Source: Pristiophorus japonicus (taxonomy: Eukaryota). From it: DNA of 64,000 nt. Made by a program: the position numbers and the translations under genes. The notes under the pieces were generated by a model. That model made no database searches, was not told where the DNA came from, and worked only from the letters and a program-made list of their open reading frames with translations. Below, piece by piece: positions 1-12,342 of this stretch. Position 1 is the first letter of the stretch. Each line of letters starts with the position of its first letter. The stretch covers positions 25,792,001-25,856,000 of the forward strand of contig NC_091999.1 in the NCBI RefSeq assembly GCF_044704955.1, written 5' to 3'.

Positions 1-3000
1 ATCTCCAAGGACAGCCTGGACTGGATGTATGCGCGGAAGAGAGGCAGGCAGTCTGGCTGAACGACCCCCACGACCGCCAGCTGCCTGGACCGGCTGATGG
101 CCCCCTTGGCCGTGCCCAGGAGCCGTCCTACGAGGAGGCCCTCGGACCTACCCGCTCCCCTCCGCACAGGGCGCCCGAAGATCAGGAGTGTGGGACTGAA
201 GTGCAGCCAGAATTTCAGGAGCAGCCCCTTTAAATAACAAAACAGGGACTGCAACCTCGTGCACTCAATAAAAACATGGAAGACGGACTCTTCTAGGCGG
301 CAGAAATTGCAAGCGGCCTGGGAGCCCGTGAACCGGCTTAAAAATTTATTGCACGGGATTGCTCCGTGCACCACCCTCCAGGCCAAGTCCCCGATAAATA
401 CTGGGAGGACGCCTGCGTAGAGTGCCCTCCATCGGTGACCCCCGCCTCCTCCGGACGGCAAGATGGTACGCCATGGCGTGTCCGGAAGGCAGGCGAGGTT
501 GGCAAAGTTGAGAGTGTGCAGGAGCAGCCCGTACAGGAAACCCCTCCGTGCGGAACTGAAAGGCACGGAGGGGATTTCCCCGGGGCGGCTCAAGTTGTGA
601 GGCGCCTGCTCCCGAGGGAGGTTCCGGGGTTTGGCGCCAAGGAGGAATTCCGTCCGGACGGGGGTCAGTTCGGAAGGGCTCTCCCCACGTGCTTGAGCCT
701 CCTCGATGCACCAAACGGAGTCAGGGCCCAGAGCTCTTTTTAGCGACTCGATGGCATCGGCCTCGTTGCGGACGTTGGCAGAATTTAGGCGCCGCGCCAG
801 CGGTCTGGTGCCATGCAGCCCGCTCCTCCACCATCGAGCAGGTCCCGGACCCTGGTCACCTCACCAGCCACAGCCTTCTCATCCGACCGCCACAAAAAAA
901 CTCGGTCGTGGAGATACGGATCGCGAGCAGCGGCTCCTGCAGGACGGCCGCCACTCCAGCTGGTGCAGAGCTGGGCTTGCTGGAGACTCTGTTCCAGACC
1001 CTGATGAGTTCCTTGTAAAAGACAGGCAGCTCCCGGAGGGCGGTCCTGACGCCCCCCACACTCACAAACAGGAGCTGCGTGTCGTAGTTGGGGCCGTGCT
1101 GATGGCGAAAGAAATACATTGCCAGAGCACGCGACCTAGGAGGAGGCTCGACGTGAAGATGGAAAGTCGCGAGCTGGGCGCTGACGCGCACCAACGACTG
1201 ACCGCCCTCCCCAAGCGGGAGACTCAAGACCGCGGCAGAGACCCAGTGCTTCCTGTTGTTCCAGAAGAAGTCCACCAGCTTCTTCTGTATCTTGGCGACA
1301 AACGTAGGGGGATGGGTCAAAGTGACCAGCCGGTACCATAACATGGCGGCCACCAGCTGGTTTATGACTAGCGCTCGACCGCTGTAGGACAGCACTCGGA
1401 GCAGTCCTGTCCAGCGGCCTAGGCGAGCGGCGACCTTGGCCTCCAGCTCCTGCCAGTTCGCCACCCACACTTCCTCGTCGGGGCTAAGGTAGACTCCCAG
1501 ATAGAGGAGATGGGTCGTGCTCCAGGCAAAAAGCCTGAGCTCCTCCGGCAGGGAGTCCACCCGCCACTGACCCACCAGGAGTCCGGAGCATTTCTCCCAA
1601 TTGATTCTGGCGGAGGATGCAGCTGAGTAAATCTCCTGGCACTCACGCATCCTCCGCAGGTCAGCGGGATCCTCTACCGCGAGGAGCACGTCATCGGCGT
1701 AATCCGAGAGGACGACCTCCACGCCCGGCCCTTGCAGAGCCAGTCCCGTCAAACTCATCCGCAGGAGGTGCAGGAAAGGCTCCATGCAGATGGCATATAA
1801 CTGGCTGGACATGGGGCATCCCTGGTGCACCCCTCTCCCAAAGCGAAGGGGCGCCGTCAAGGACCCGTTAACCTGAATCAGACATTCCGCGGCAGCGTAC
1901 AATAGTCAGATCTGGGCGACGAAATGCATCCCGAACCCGAAAGCGCGCAGAGTTCCGAGCAGATAGTCGTGATCCACCCTGTCGAACGCCTTCTCTTGGT
2001 CGAGGGATAGGAAGGAGACCGACAGACCAGCCTCCTGGGAATGATGGATGAGGTCCCGGACCAGATGGATGTTATCGTGGATTGTCCGGCCCGGGACCGT
2101 GTCGGACTGGTCGGGGTGGATCATGTGGTCCAGCACGGCACCAAGGCGAGCAGACATCACCCTGGCGAAGATTTTGTAGTCTGTGCTGAGGAGCGAGACC
2201 GGGCGTCAGTTCTTAAGGAGGCGGAGATCGCCCTTCTTAGGCAGCAGGACGATGACTGCCCTGCGCCAAGAGAGGTGCATCTCCCCGGTCACCAGACTTT
2301 CCCCCAGGACCCGCGCGTAGTCACCCCCCAGGACGTCCCAGAACGCCCTGTGGAACTCCACGGTCAGCCCGTCCAGCCCCGGGGCTTTTCCCCTCGAGAG
2401 CTGGTCGGCACCGGTCAGCTCCGCCAGGCTTAGCGGAGCTTCCAGATTTTCGGCGCCTTCCGGGATGACCTTTGGCAGGTCCTCCCACAAAACTCTATGC
2501 GCTTCCTCGCTGGACGGCTCCGGAGAGAACAGAGCCCCGTAATGTTCACGGGCCCTGTTGCTGACGCCCTCCGGATCCGAGACGAGAGAGCCGTCATCGG
2601 CCAGCAGCATCAAGAGCTGCTTACGGACACTCTGTCTTTTTTCCAGTGAGCAGAAGAAGGGGGAGCCGCAGTCCAGATCCCGCAGGAACCGGATCCGCGA
2701 CCTTACGAATTGGCCTCGGGACCCGACGAGCTGCAGGTGCTTCAGCGCGGCCTTCTTCGCTTTTTACACCGTCCGCAGGGCCGAGTCCCCGACGACTTGA
2801 CTGAGATGGGACCCTAGGTCGAGCACCTCTTTTTCTAGGCGCCCAACCCTGGCCGCCCGCCTCTTGGTCGACCCCCTCGCGTACTCTTGACAGAAGACAC
2901 GGACGTGAGCCTTGCCCACGTCCCACCATAGCCTCAAGGAGGGGAAGCCTCCCTGCTTCCTTCTCCAGTCGGCCCAGAAACGACGGAACGAGTCCTGGAA

Positions 3001-3772
3001 CCGCACGTCCTCCAGCAGCCGGGTGTTAAAATGCCAGTACGCGGACCCCGTTCTCGTGCGGAGCGAAGCGAGCTCCGCCCACACCAGGTGGTGGTCCGAA
3101 CACGGCACCGGCCGCATGGAGGCCGCCAGGACGCAGGAAACGTATGCCCGAGACACGTAAACGCGGTCGACTCTGGACCATCCTACTCCAGGCCTCACCC
3201 AAGTAAAGGCGCTGGAGTCGGGATGGAGATTTCGCCAGACGTCCACCAAGTCGAAGGACCCGACCAGGTCCCTCAACTTCCCCATCACCGTCATGCTCTG
3301 CGGGGCACTGGAGCGGTCCATCGCCTCGAGGGTGCAGTTAAAATTCCCCCCACAGGGCAATGCAGTCGCCGACGTCGACGGAGCCAAGAAGAGCGGACAC
3401 TTCTTCGAAGAAGCGCACTTGCTGTTGGCCGTGCTGAGGGGCGTACACGTTCACGAGATGGAGTGGCACGTCCCCCAGGCGAACCGTTACGTGCAGCAAG
3501 CGGCCTGGAAGGGGATCCTCGACCCCCAAGATCTCCGGCTGAAAATGCGGGGCCAACAAGATGGCCACCCCACTAGAAGTGATAGTGAGGTGCCTCATGC
3601 GGACCTCTCCTTGCCATTCCAGGAGCCAGGTGGCTTCATCTCCCGGAACGGTGTAGGTTTCTTGCAGGAAGCACACCGCATATTTCCCCTCCCACATGAG
3701 CGAAAAATTGTCAAATCTACGGCGTGCCTCTCTGCCGCCGTTGATGTTGAGGCTGGCTATGGTTATCTTCAT
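1..3772 (-). pseudogene. Tx1-like ORF2 (APE endonuclease, reverse transcriptase, Cys-rich C-terminus), multiply frameshifted
   Basis: Consecutive ORF pieces 3338..3790, 2764..3387, 2206..2613, 1906..2160 and 856..1902 carry FLQET, GNFN, SDH, APGLDGLTVEF, KAFDRV and YADD in order. ATG at 3772. Confidence 0.88.
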
Positions 3773-3802
3773 GGCAAAAGCATAGAGCAACCTCTACCTA
3801 AC

Positions 3803-5859
3803 CTATTGTGGGGGGGGAGTGGAGTCGTTTGTTGACCTCCACTCCTTCAGCAGCCCAGCGAGGAACCCGTTGAGCCGGCGCAGCTCAAGGCCTTGCGCTC
3901 TTGATAAGGGCCCGCCCGCGGCCATGGTTTTAGCTGCGGCGCGGACGGAAGCGACGAGCAACACTGGCTCAGACCATCTTTCCAGGGCCAGACGGGCTTG
4001 GTCGCGGCGACCCCGGCACTGGACCAAAAAGTCCCGGAGTTCCTTTACAGGAATGAGGAGGGTCTCAGCGGCGGCCGCGAGCAGATCCACCGCCTCACTG
4101 GCGATGGTCTCTAGATCTTCTCCTGCGTCCCCCACCCAGTCTCCGTCCCCCTCCGGGAGGTCGCCGCAAGCAGCCGGCCCGTCGACCGCACGAGGTACGG
4201 CAAACGGCCCGGCCGCTCCATCCGGCCCTGGCTCCGCCCCGATCCCACCCCCAGGATCGTCGGCAGAGGAGTCCCCACTGAGCTCTTTTAAAAGTGGTGC
4301 TGGGTCGGGAGGCGACAGCGGAAGGGGGTCCTCCCCCGCCCCAGGAGCCGGGGAACACGGAGAGACCTGGTTACGAAAATTCTCCAGGTCCACCAAGCCC
4401 CTCAGCTCCAAAGTAGGGGGCGAGGGTTGTTGTTCTTCCCCCTCCCGCCGCCACCCCCCGGCCCAGCGTGTGGATGTATATTACAGTTGTCTGCAGTGTC
4501 AGCTTCTGCCGAGTCGAGCAAATCCCGGGGCAAGTTGGGTATTTGCTGGGCGGGCTCAGGTTCGGCCTTTTCGTCCTCGCACGCCTCAGTCCCCGGGATG
4601 CTCGACCCGGCGGCTACGGATTCTTCCGCTGGCCCCACGCCCCCCACGACAGGCAGATCTTCCACGTCATCCCCGGGAGGCAGCGGCTGGGCAGCCTCGA
4701 CTGCCTCACCCTCCCCGGGGACAGATTCCTCTCGCCTACAGCGCAGCTTGGGGGCGCTGGTGGGGGACGCGGGACACGCGGCGGGCACCGCCTCCTCCGC
4801 AGAGGGATGTTGTTCTCCCTCCATCTCATTGGAGCGACGCCTCCTTTTTTTCCTGTGGGTGCGCGGAGGCAGGGAGACCCCCATGCCTGCCGAGGCCTCC
4901 CGCTCCACTCCCCCCTTTTTCTTGTCTTGCCCACGCCCGAACCCCTCTGTGATACTAGTCAAGGGCTCGGGCACCGGCTCAGGGCACCCCGCGCTCGCAG
5001 CTGACGGGGTTTGGCCGAGCGCGGCAAACAAGTTGTTTGGCGCACCGAGGGGATGTTTCGCCTTCTTCCGCGCCTTCTTTCCGGCCGTGAAAACAAAGGC
5101 CTCCGGCGATGCCCGCGCACCTACGGCTCCCGGCAAGCGGACGCTACTAGAGGGAGGGGTGGCGGCGGCGCCAGCCTTGGACGCCCTCGGTGGTTTGGCA
5201 GCCTTGTTGGCGGGGCAGTTCTTGCGAACATGCACCACCTCTCTGCAGGCATGGCACCGCACGCCATCCGACGTCCAGAAGTTGCGGTAGGCAGTCCCCT
5301 CGTGCACCACATTAACATTGCCCTCCGTCGTCTCCTCCCGCGCCTGCCGGACAAAGAGCTGGCGGCGGAAGGAGAGCACATGGCGCAGGCTGTTCTCCCT
5401 GAGGCCGAGCGGTATGGGGTTGATACCCGACCTTACCTCCCCCAGTTGTTGTAGGTGAGGGAGGAGGAGCTCAGCGGGTACAAAGGGCGGGACGTTTGAA
5501 ATGATGACCCTCTGCGCGGTGGCCTCGAGAGGGTCCACCGGCAGGAACGTCCCGCCCACCGTGAGACCCTTTTCAAGGGCCAGGGACACCGGTCGCTCCG
5601 ACCCCAGGAAGAACACAGCCTTCCCAGACATCTTGGAGGCTGCGACAATGGCCGAGGGGCCGACTACCCCAGCCATCGCCCGCGCGCACTCCTCAATGCT
5701 CATTTTGGGGTGAGTGTAGCCCTTGACCCCGTGTTTTTTAGTTATCAGTCCGAATGGTGGCAGGGCAGCAGGAGGCGTAGGAGGTGCCGTGGATGTGGAC
5801 GCCGCCTGCACATAATTCCTAGCTGGCCCTGCCACCGGCGTGGATGGTGTCGCCATCAC
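3803..5859 (-). pseudogene. Tx1-like ORF1 (gag-like, zinc knuckle), split by one frameshift near 4405
   Basis: ORFs 4402..5859 and 3803..4411; CHACREVVHVRKNC knuckle; N-terminal region ending in RVIISNVPPF. Confidence 0.8.
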
Positions 5860-6987
5860 GGGGTCCCTTTAAGGGCGACACCCACCCCAAAGTCACATGC
5901 CTTAATGGTCTTAACTGGCCTCGTTTAAGTATTTAACAGCGGCAGCTCTGAAAGAGGCACTGCTCTCCCCTAGTTTGCAATTGGGGAGGGGCCTTGCTCC
6001 CTCTGCTCAGTTGTCTTAATTGTTCTTGTCTTTTTTTTCCAATTGGGAGGAAAGGCTCTCAGAGAGAGAGGGGGGAGACAGAGAGAGAGACAGAGTGATG
6101 GGGTGTGGGAAAGAGGGAGGCTGCAAGGGCAGGTCTCCCCTCACAGTAATGGGTGGGTGCACTCCCCAGATGGCAAACAAAACAGTCTTTGGGGTGATCT
6201 TCGGGTGGGGGGAGAAGATGTCTTCACCTGGGGCAGCTGGAGCCACACAGGTACACACTCCCAACGATGTTAATTAGGGTGATTCAGTTTCTTCAGCCTG
6301 GTAGCTCCAGCTATCCCAGGCTGGGCAATTGGGTGAGGGGTGCTTCAGTGGTGTGTGGGCCTAGCTGTAGGCAAGACCCCCACACACACTTCCACACACA
6401 CACACACCCCCCCGCGATGTTCTGGCCCTCGATTGGTCTTCTTTCCTCCCCCCACCGATACAACAAAGTCTTTTTGGTGAATGCACCAAAACACACCCAC
6501 CTTTGGCTGAAGAAGTCTTTCCCTCCTTCCACACTGGTAAGTTGTTGTTCTTTTTTCCACCTCTTTCCAACTCTTTGTTGAAATAATGAAGGTGTTGCAG
6601 TCTTCGGCTCTCCTCCTCTCACTCTAGATGAATGGTAATGAAGCCCCTTCCTACCTCCTGTTCCTGGGCTGGTCTCAGGGCTAACTCCAGGCCTTCCAAA
6701 CAGAAGCTAAAGCAGGGAGTTCCTTCTCTCACAGCAGCCAGGCTCCAAGTGCATAGGCCACGCCTCCAAAGCTCCATCATTGGTCCTTGTGCATGAAACT
6801 CTTTTTGGGAGTAAACAAAAAACATTAAACCGTAACCCCCCCCCGATCTGGGGGAAACACCAAACATTTACAGGCCCTTTTATTTTTTGTGGTATTTTTT
6901 GGGGTTTTTTTTTGGGCAAAAAACATATTTTTTCTCCAAGTGCCCCCTATAAAAGGGGAGGGGGACACTAAAAGCACCGGCAATTAA

Positions 6988-7675
6988 TGTTTGTTTGCAG
7001 GTGCAACAGGTAATCAGCAAGGCGAATGGAATGTTGGCCTTCGTTGCCAGAGAGATGGAGTACAAAAGCAGGGAGGTCCTTCTGCAACTGTATAGGGTAT
7101 TGGTGAGGCCGCACCTGGAGTACTGCGTGCAGTTTTGGTAACCTTACTTAAGGAAGGATATACTAGCTTTGGAGGGGGTACAGAGACGATTTACGAGGCT
7201 GATTCAGGAGATGAGAGGGTTACCTTATGATGATAGATTGAGTAGACTGGGTCTTTACTCGTTGGAGTTCAGAAGGATGAGGGGTGATCGATAGAAACAT
7301 TTGAAACAATGAAAGGCATAGACAAGATAGAGCAGAGAGGTTGTTTCCACTGCTCGGGGAGACTAGAACTAGAGGGCACAGCCTCAGGGGAGCCAATTTA
7401 AAACCGAGTTGAGAAGGTATTTCTTCTCCCACAGAGTTGTGAATCTGTGGAATTATCTGCAAAGGGAAAGAATTGAGGATAGCTCATTGAATGTATTCAA
7501 TTCACAGAAAGATAGATTTTTAAACAATAAGTGAATTAAGGGTTATGGGGAGCGGGCGGGTAAGTGGAGCTGAGTCCACGGCCAGATCAGCCATGATCTT
7601 GTTGAATGGCGGAGCAGGCTCGAGAGGCTAGATGGCCTACTCCTGTTCCTAATTCTTATGTTCTTATGTTCTTAT
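6988..7675 (+). mobile_element. CR1 LINE 3' fragment inserted in the IgM secretory tailpiece
   Basis: Encodes LVRPHLEYCVQFW and RVVNLWN motifs; ends in a (GTTCTTAT)n tail that abuts Cmu4 sequence at 7676. Confidence 0.9.
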
Positions 7676-8035
7676 GAAGGTGTCCATCAGAACAAGGGAA
7701 ATGCTTTACCACTGGATTTATTGACGGTTCTGTTGGTGATTATCAATGGGATCGCTTCATGTCCCACCACACAGGTGTGAGAGGCGCCTCTGGCCCACTC
7801 CTCGGCTGCAATGGATAGCAGGCTGCACATGAAGAAGGAGCTGCCGCCGTTCTCCGCCATCACCTCGGTGTTCTTGTGGTTGCCGTAATCCACCAGTTTG
7901 TTATTGACGGTCTTTTTGACGAAGATTTTTCGGGGGGAGAACCTCTCACTAAGCAGGTGAGGCTGACCAACCTCTGAGCAGAGACTTCTGCTGAGGGCAG
8001 GAGGACAGACACGGCTGGTTCCCGCGGATCTTTCG
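7676..8035 (-). pseudogene. IGHM: IgM Cmu4 exon with truncated secretory tailpiece
   Basis: After a tacag acceptor it reads [31 protein letters not shown], frameshifts near 7940, then [58 protein letters not shown] tail remnant ISLVLMDT is cut by CR1. Closely resembles shark Cmu4. The internal G|GTAAAG donor for the TM form is present at 7710/7709. Confidence 0.92.
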
Positions 8036-8952
8036 CTGTAGAACAGTTACAACAAAGGCCAATGAACTGGATAGTTCCAGAGACAATGGGGGAATTTCAA
8101 CCCAATATAGCGGGCGGATTTTGGGCGTGGAGGTTGTTAAATTGGTAAAAATTTGAATCCCTACCTCAACTCGCCTATTTCCAGTTGTAATATTATATTT
8201 GAGTAATATATTTAAATGAGAATTGAATCCTCTATTTTAACCACCATTTGGTGTTTAACAGTCGCTGGTCCGGTTTGACACACTGTGTAAATCTCAGCAG
8301 TTACAGCAAGGTGGGGATTGCTGCTCCCAGGTGGTAATTGCCCTTAAACCTACCTCCTGGATCCAGGGTCCCTGCCTAACCCACCCCCCGCGATCCGCGA
8401 CCTCCTCACTCGGCTTCCAATCCTCCCGTTTTCACTGGTGGCCTGTGAGACCAACGCCCACAACTCGCCTTCCTCATTTAAATTCAGCCAATTTCCGGTG
8501 GTTAGATGTGAGAGAAATGGACACTGCATTGAATTTTAACACTTTTCCTTTTCCCCTCTGTTGCCTCTCTGGTTTTTCATCCCTTATCCCAGGGAACGTA
8601 TTCTTTCTCTCTGAAATCTTGAAGCATTGGACTGGAAAATGACAAAGAATTTAATGCACAGAACGAGGAGATTTGGCTAACTGGTCTATGCCGGTGTTTA
8701 TGATCCACACAAGCCTCCTGCGAGCCCACTTCATCTAAACCTAATAATATACCCTTCTATTTCTTTCTCGCTCATGGACTTATCCAGTTTCCCCTAAAAT
8801 ACACAATGTCAGGTCCCAGAGTGCTGCGTTGGTGGAATTACCAACCTGAATGATCAGAGTAGCCATTAAACACTTTATATCATCAATTGGCCCTTGCACA
8901 CGCATCGAAATTGTCGCAGTGTATCACTTATTGCAACAATCTCCCCGCTCAC

Positions 8953-9260
8953 CCTTTTCCTTGTGGATGGAATCTCTGAGAGGAGTCGGCATATCCTGAT
9001 GGCTCACCACGCAGTAGAACTTATCCCCACTCAGCCACTCTTGTGTCGAGATGTTTAAGTTGCTGATCACACTGTTGGGATCCTCTCCGTGTTGGACGGC
9101 AATCTCTGATTTCAAAGTCTCGTTTTTTCGGGTCCAGGTCACGGTGAGCCCATAAGGAGCGTCAGACACAACGCACGTTAAGGTCACCGTCGCCTCCAGT
9201 AAAACCTGTTCCAGTGACGGTGGGCGAAGAGTGATTTTTAATCGCTGCATGGGACATCCA
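8953..9260 (-). pseudogene. IGHM: IgM Cmu3 exon
   Basis: [25 protein letters not shown]...W...[28 protein letters not shown] with a ttcgcag acceptor and G|GTGAG donor. The phase-1 splice frame reads VDVPCSD then TAA, i.e. a 1-nt frameshift at the exon start. Confidence 0.93.
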
Positions 9261-9964
9261 CTGCGAAACAGGAATGAAAGTCAGGAAAAGCCGCATCTTC
9301 AGAATCAGGACACCAATAATTAGCCTTAACTCTTTCAAGGGGAATAACTCACTTTTGAGATATCAACCTCTCGCTATTGCTTGAACACCGTCGTTATGGA
9401 AGGACAATGAATTGGCAACGATTCCGGGAGGTCTGTAATATTTCCTGTGTATTTGAGCCAGAGCCACCTGTAATGGGCTGTGAAGCAAATACCTGGCGTA
9501 AAATGGGAATACATTGGGACGCAATTGTGATAGGCACTGAATAGCGCTCTTCCTGAAATCCCTTGCTCCTTTACGCCTGTCTATAGATTCTTGCACCCAA
9601 GTGCATCTCCACTGGTTATAATAGCTGAAGCCCGAATATCCCCAAGTTTAAGAGGTCTACACCAGCATTATACTGGTTCAAAACCAGTGTCAAATTAATT
9701 TCAGGATTTATGGGACAACAGGAAACAAAGTTAAGTTTCTAGTCTTTTGCTGCTATTTTTGTTGCGATGAAAATGTGCAGGAACCAGTCACATCCCCCGT
9801 CAGAGGAGAAGTGCAAGGTCCGGAGAATGGAGTTGCAAGGAATCTTTTGTGGTGGGGCATCATTTGTAATGATGTGAGGTAGTTTGTTAATATCTGTAAT
9901 TACTGAACATTTATCATGTCTGGTGAGAGAGATTCAGAAAGCACTATGACATCCGGGCATTAAT

Positions 9965-10480
9965 AGCAACATAGGAACAGGAGAAGGACATTCAGCCCAT
10001 CCATCCTGTCCCGCCATCCAGTTAGATCATGGCTGATCAACACTCAACACCATCTTCACGCCTTGGTTATGTAACCCATGATAACCTTGCCGAACAAAAA
10101 TCTATCAATTTCAGTTTTCAACTTTTCAATTGAAAGCAAGTTTCAGCAGCTTTTGGGGAGGGAAATCCAGACTTGCACTATTCTTCCTGTTAGAAAATCC
10201 TTTCTGACATCACCTCTGCACGGCCTAACTCTAATGTTAAGGTTCTGCTGCTTGTTCTGGACTCTCCCATCAAACTAAATAAATGTTTCTATATCTAGTC
10301 GATACAATTCCATTTATCAACTTAAACACGTCAATTGGACCATCTCTTAACGTTCTATTCTCACCACCTGATCATTTTACATTATTAGCCCCGGTATAAT
10401 TCGGGTAAACCTGCAGTTTAGCACCTCCACGTATATCCTTCCTCAGGTGCGGAGCCCAGAATTCGGCTCAGTACTCTGAA
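9965..10480 (-). mobile_element. Old CR1 3' fragment
   Basis: Begins with the reverse complement of the CR1 3' UTR (aacataggaacaggag...ttcagccc...gatcatggctgat). Confidence 0.65.
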
Positions 10481-10664
10481 TAGGGTAGATGCCCATTCTT
10501 GCAGTGGGTTCCTGGACAGTTAGCAGTGAAGGATTCCGGACTCCTATTGCCATTCCGTATATGATCAGCTAACTCAGGATATACCTGAGACTAATGACAC
10601 TTCACTCACTGCCTGACACCAGAGCAAGGGAAAGCTTCTTTTGCGAGGTTAATAAATCCTGAGC

Positions 10665-11098
10665 AATGAGGAATCCTGAACCAAAAGATCGTGGGTTGAA
10701 GTCCCACTCCAGATATTTGATCACAATATGTAAGCTGAGTCTCTCAGTGCAGTACTGGTGGCGTGGTGCATTTTCGGAGGTGCCGTATTTCGGATCATGT
10801 GTTAAACCAAGAATCCGTCTAGCCTCTCAGGTGGAGGTAAAAGTTCCCCTGGAATTATTTCAATGAAAAGCAGAGGAGTTCTCCCTGGTGGCCTGGGAAT
10901 ATTAATCCCTCAAGAAATAACACTAAAGAAAAAAAATGGTCGTTATCACACTGCTGTTTGTGGGAGCTAGTTGAGCACTAAATGACTGCCGCACTTTGTA
11001 CATTACAAATGTGACCACATTTCACAACTTAATTCAATGCCTGGCAAGCGCTTTGGTTCAGTCTGTGGTCGCTGAAGGCGCTGTATAAAGGCAAAATT
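10665..11098 (+). mobile_element. tRNA-derived SINE (SacSINE/DeuSINE-like)
   Basis: B-box-like gggttgaagtccc; central cattaca...gtgaccaca domain; 3' end aagcgctttgg...aaggcgctgtataaa. Confidence 0.55.
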
Positions 11099-11231
11099 TT
11101 ATCACAAGAATACACAAACTGCATGATTGGGAATTAGGAATATTCTTCTGCTTTCTACTAATTTCAATCAAAGTTCTGACTGAGATCAGCGCTCAGAATG
11201 GTCTGGAACCTCCCTGGATTGTGCCTCTTAC

Positions 11232-11550
11232 CCTGAGATCTGCTGAAGTTACGGCTTTGTGTGCCCCTTTCATGAGTGACCTGGCAGGTGTAGACCGAGC
11301 CGGTGAACCATTCCCTGTCGGGGAGTGTCAGACGACTGGCCGTCAAAACGTTTCCGTTCATCTAATAGGCGGGAGAGGTGATGAAGCCCTAATCCAGGAG
11401 TTGTCCACTCTTCAGCCAATTCACGGTCAGTGACTTTGGCCTTAATTCGATGATTGAACACATGGCGCTTGCATATCTGCTGCAGATGATTTGTTCAGTG
11501 GAGCTTAGCAAGATAAGAACAATTGGAGGAACGATGATCCGTTCAGGACG
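11232..11550 (-). pseudogene. IGHM: IgM Cmu2 exon (5' boundary approximate)
   Basis: PPIVLILLSSTEQI...[76 protein letters not shown]; stops at 11389-11391 and 11362-11364; G|GTAAG donor; no clear in-frame AG acceptor. Confidence 0.9.
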
Positions 11551-11704
11551 TTCACGAGAAGGCATTTTATTGACATTGCTTGCAAAATAAATGATTAAGA
11601 AAGGCAAAGTGTCCTTATATTTTAACAAGTTCTTTGCTGTCAGATCCACACTAACCTGGCATTTGCAGAGAGCAAAATTGTGCGCAGTATACTCAGTGTA
11701 ATAT

Positions 11705-11968
11705 GCAGACCAGAACTGTGCATAATATTGTAAGTGCGATATGGGGACCAGAACCATGCACAGTATTCTAAGTGTGATATGGAGAGCAGAGCTGTGCATA
11801 TTATTCTAAGTATGATATGGAGAACAGAACTTTACACAGTATTCTAAGTATGAGATGGAAACCAGAATTGTAAACAGGATCCTAAATGTGATAAGGAAAC
11901 TAGAACTGTGCACAGTATTCTAAGTATTATATGGAGACCAGAACTATGCACAGTACTCTAAGTATTGT
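11705..11968. repeat. 38-bp tandem repeat, about 7 copies
   Basis: Unit approximately CAGAACTGTGCACAGTATTCTAAGTGTGATATGGAGAC. Confidence 0.85.
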
Positions 11969-12043
11969 CTAACCAAGTTTCGATACAAATTGAACATAAC
12001 TTCTCACCTTATCACAGTTTGCCCTGTATCCCACATCATTAAC

Positions 12044-12342
12044 CTGACATTGTGATGTTCCACAGCGACCCACCACGTCGAACTTCGCAGCAGATTGTGC
12101 TGCTCCCCACCTCGGACTCGGTGATGGTTAACTGGCTGCTCAGGGTGTTGGTTCAATTCTTTTTGAGCAATGACGGGTAGGTCTTCAATCCAGTGGTGGT
12201 CGGCTCTTTATCTTCCTCCCAGAAAAGGCTGATGATGTCACGGGAGTCGCCCATCACCAAACAGCCCTACGTGATGGAGCCATCGGTGCTGGGTTGTTCA
12301 CAGGAGGAGAGCAGGGCGCAGAGGATGGGGGAGACGGTGTTA
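12044..12342 (-). pseudogene. IGHM: IgM Cmu1 exon
   Basis: TPSP, frameshift in a C5 run, then [92 protein letters not shown]. cccag acceptor and G|GT donor. Resembles shark Cmu1. Confidence 0.92.

Larger units (their letters stand above)
1..6795 (-). mobile_element. Near full-length Tx1-clade non-LTR retrotransposon (3' end runs off the window start)
   Basis: ORF1 with a CX2CX4HX4C knuckle, then an APE endonuclease start (MKITIASLNING), RT motifs (LSLDQEKAFDRVDH, GVHQGCPMS, YADD, YLGVYL) and a C-terminal Cys/His domain (CNFCRLEESVFHVFIEC) near 250-310. GC- and CpG-rich relative to its flanks. Confidence 0.9.

Noticed and set aside
3819-5454. Long plus-strand ORFs (377, 287, 178 and 147 aa)
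   Set aside because: Antisense shadows of the GC-rich Tx1 ORF1.
8924-9250. Cmu3 ORF as a stand-alone single-domain protein
   Set aside because: The ATG is incidental; there is no leader, the ORF reads through a splice donor, and the spliced frame has a premature stop.
7676-12342. IgW or IgNAR identity for the constant exons
   Set aside because: Four C exons with shark Cmu1-4 motifs and a secretory tail on the fourth indicate IgM.
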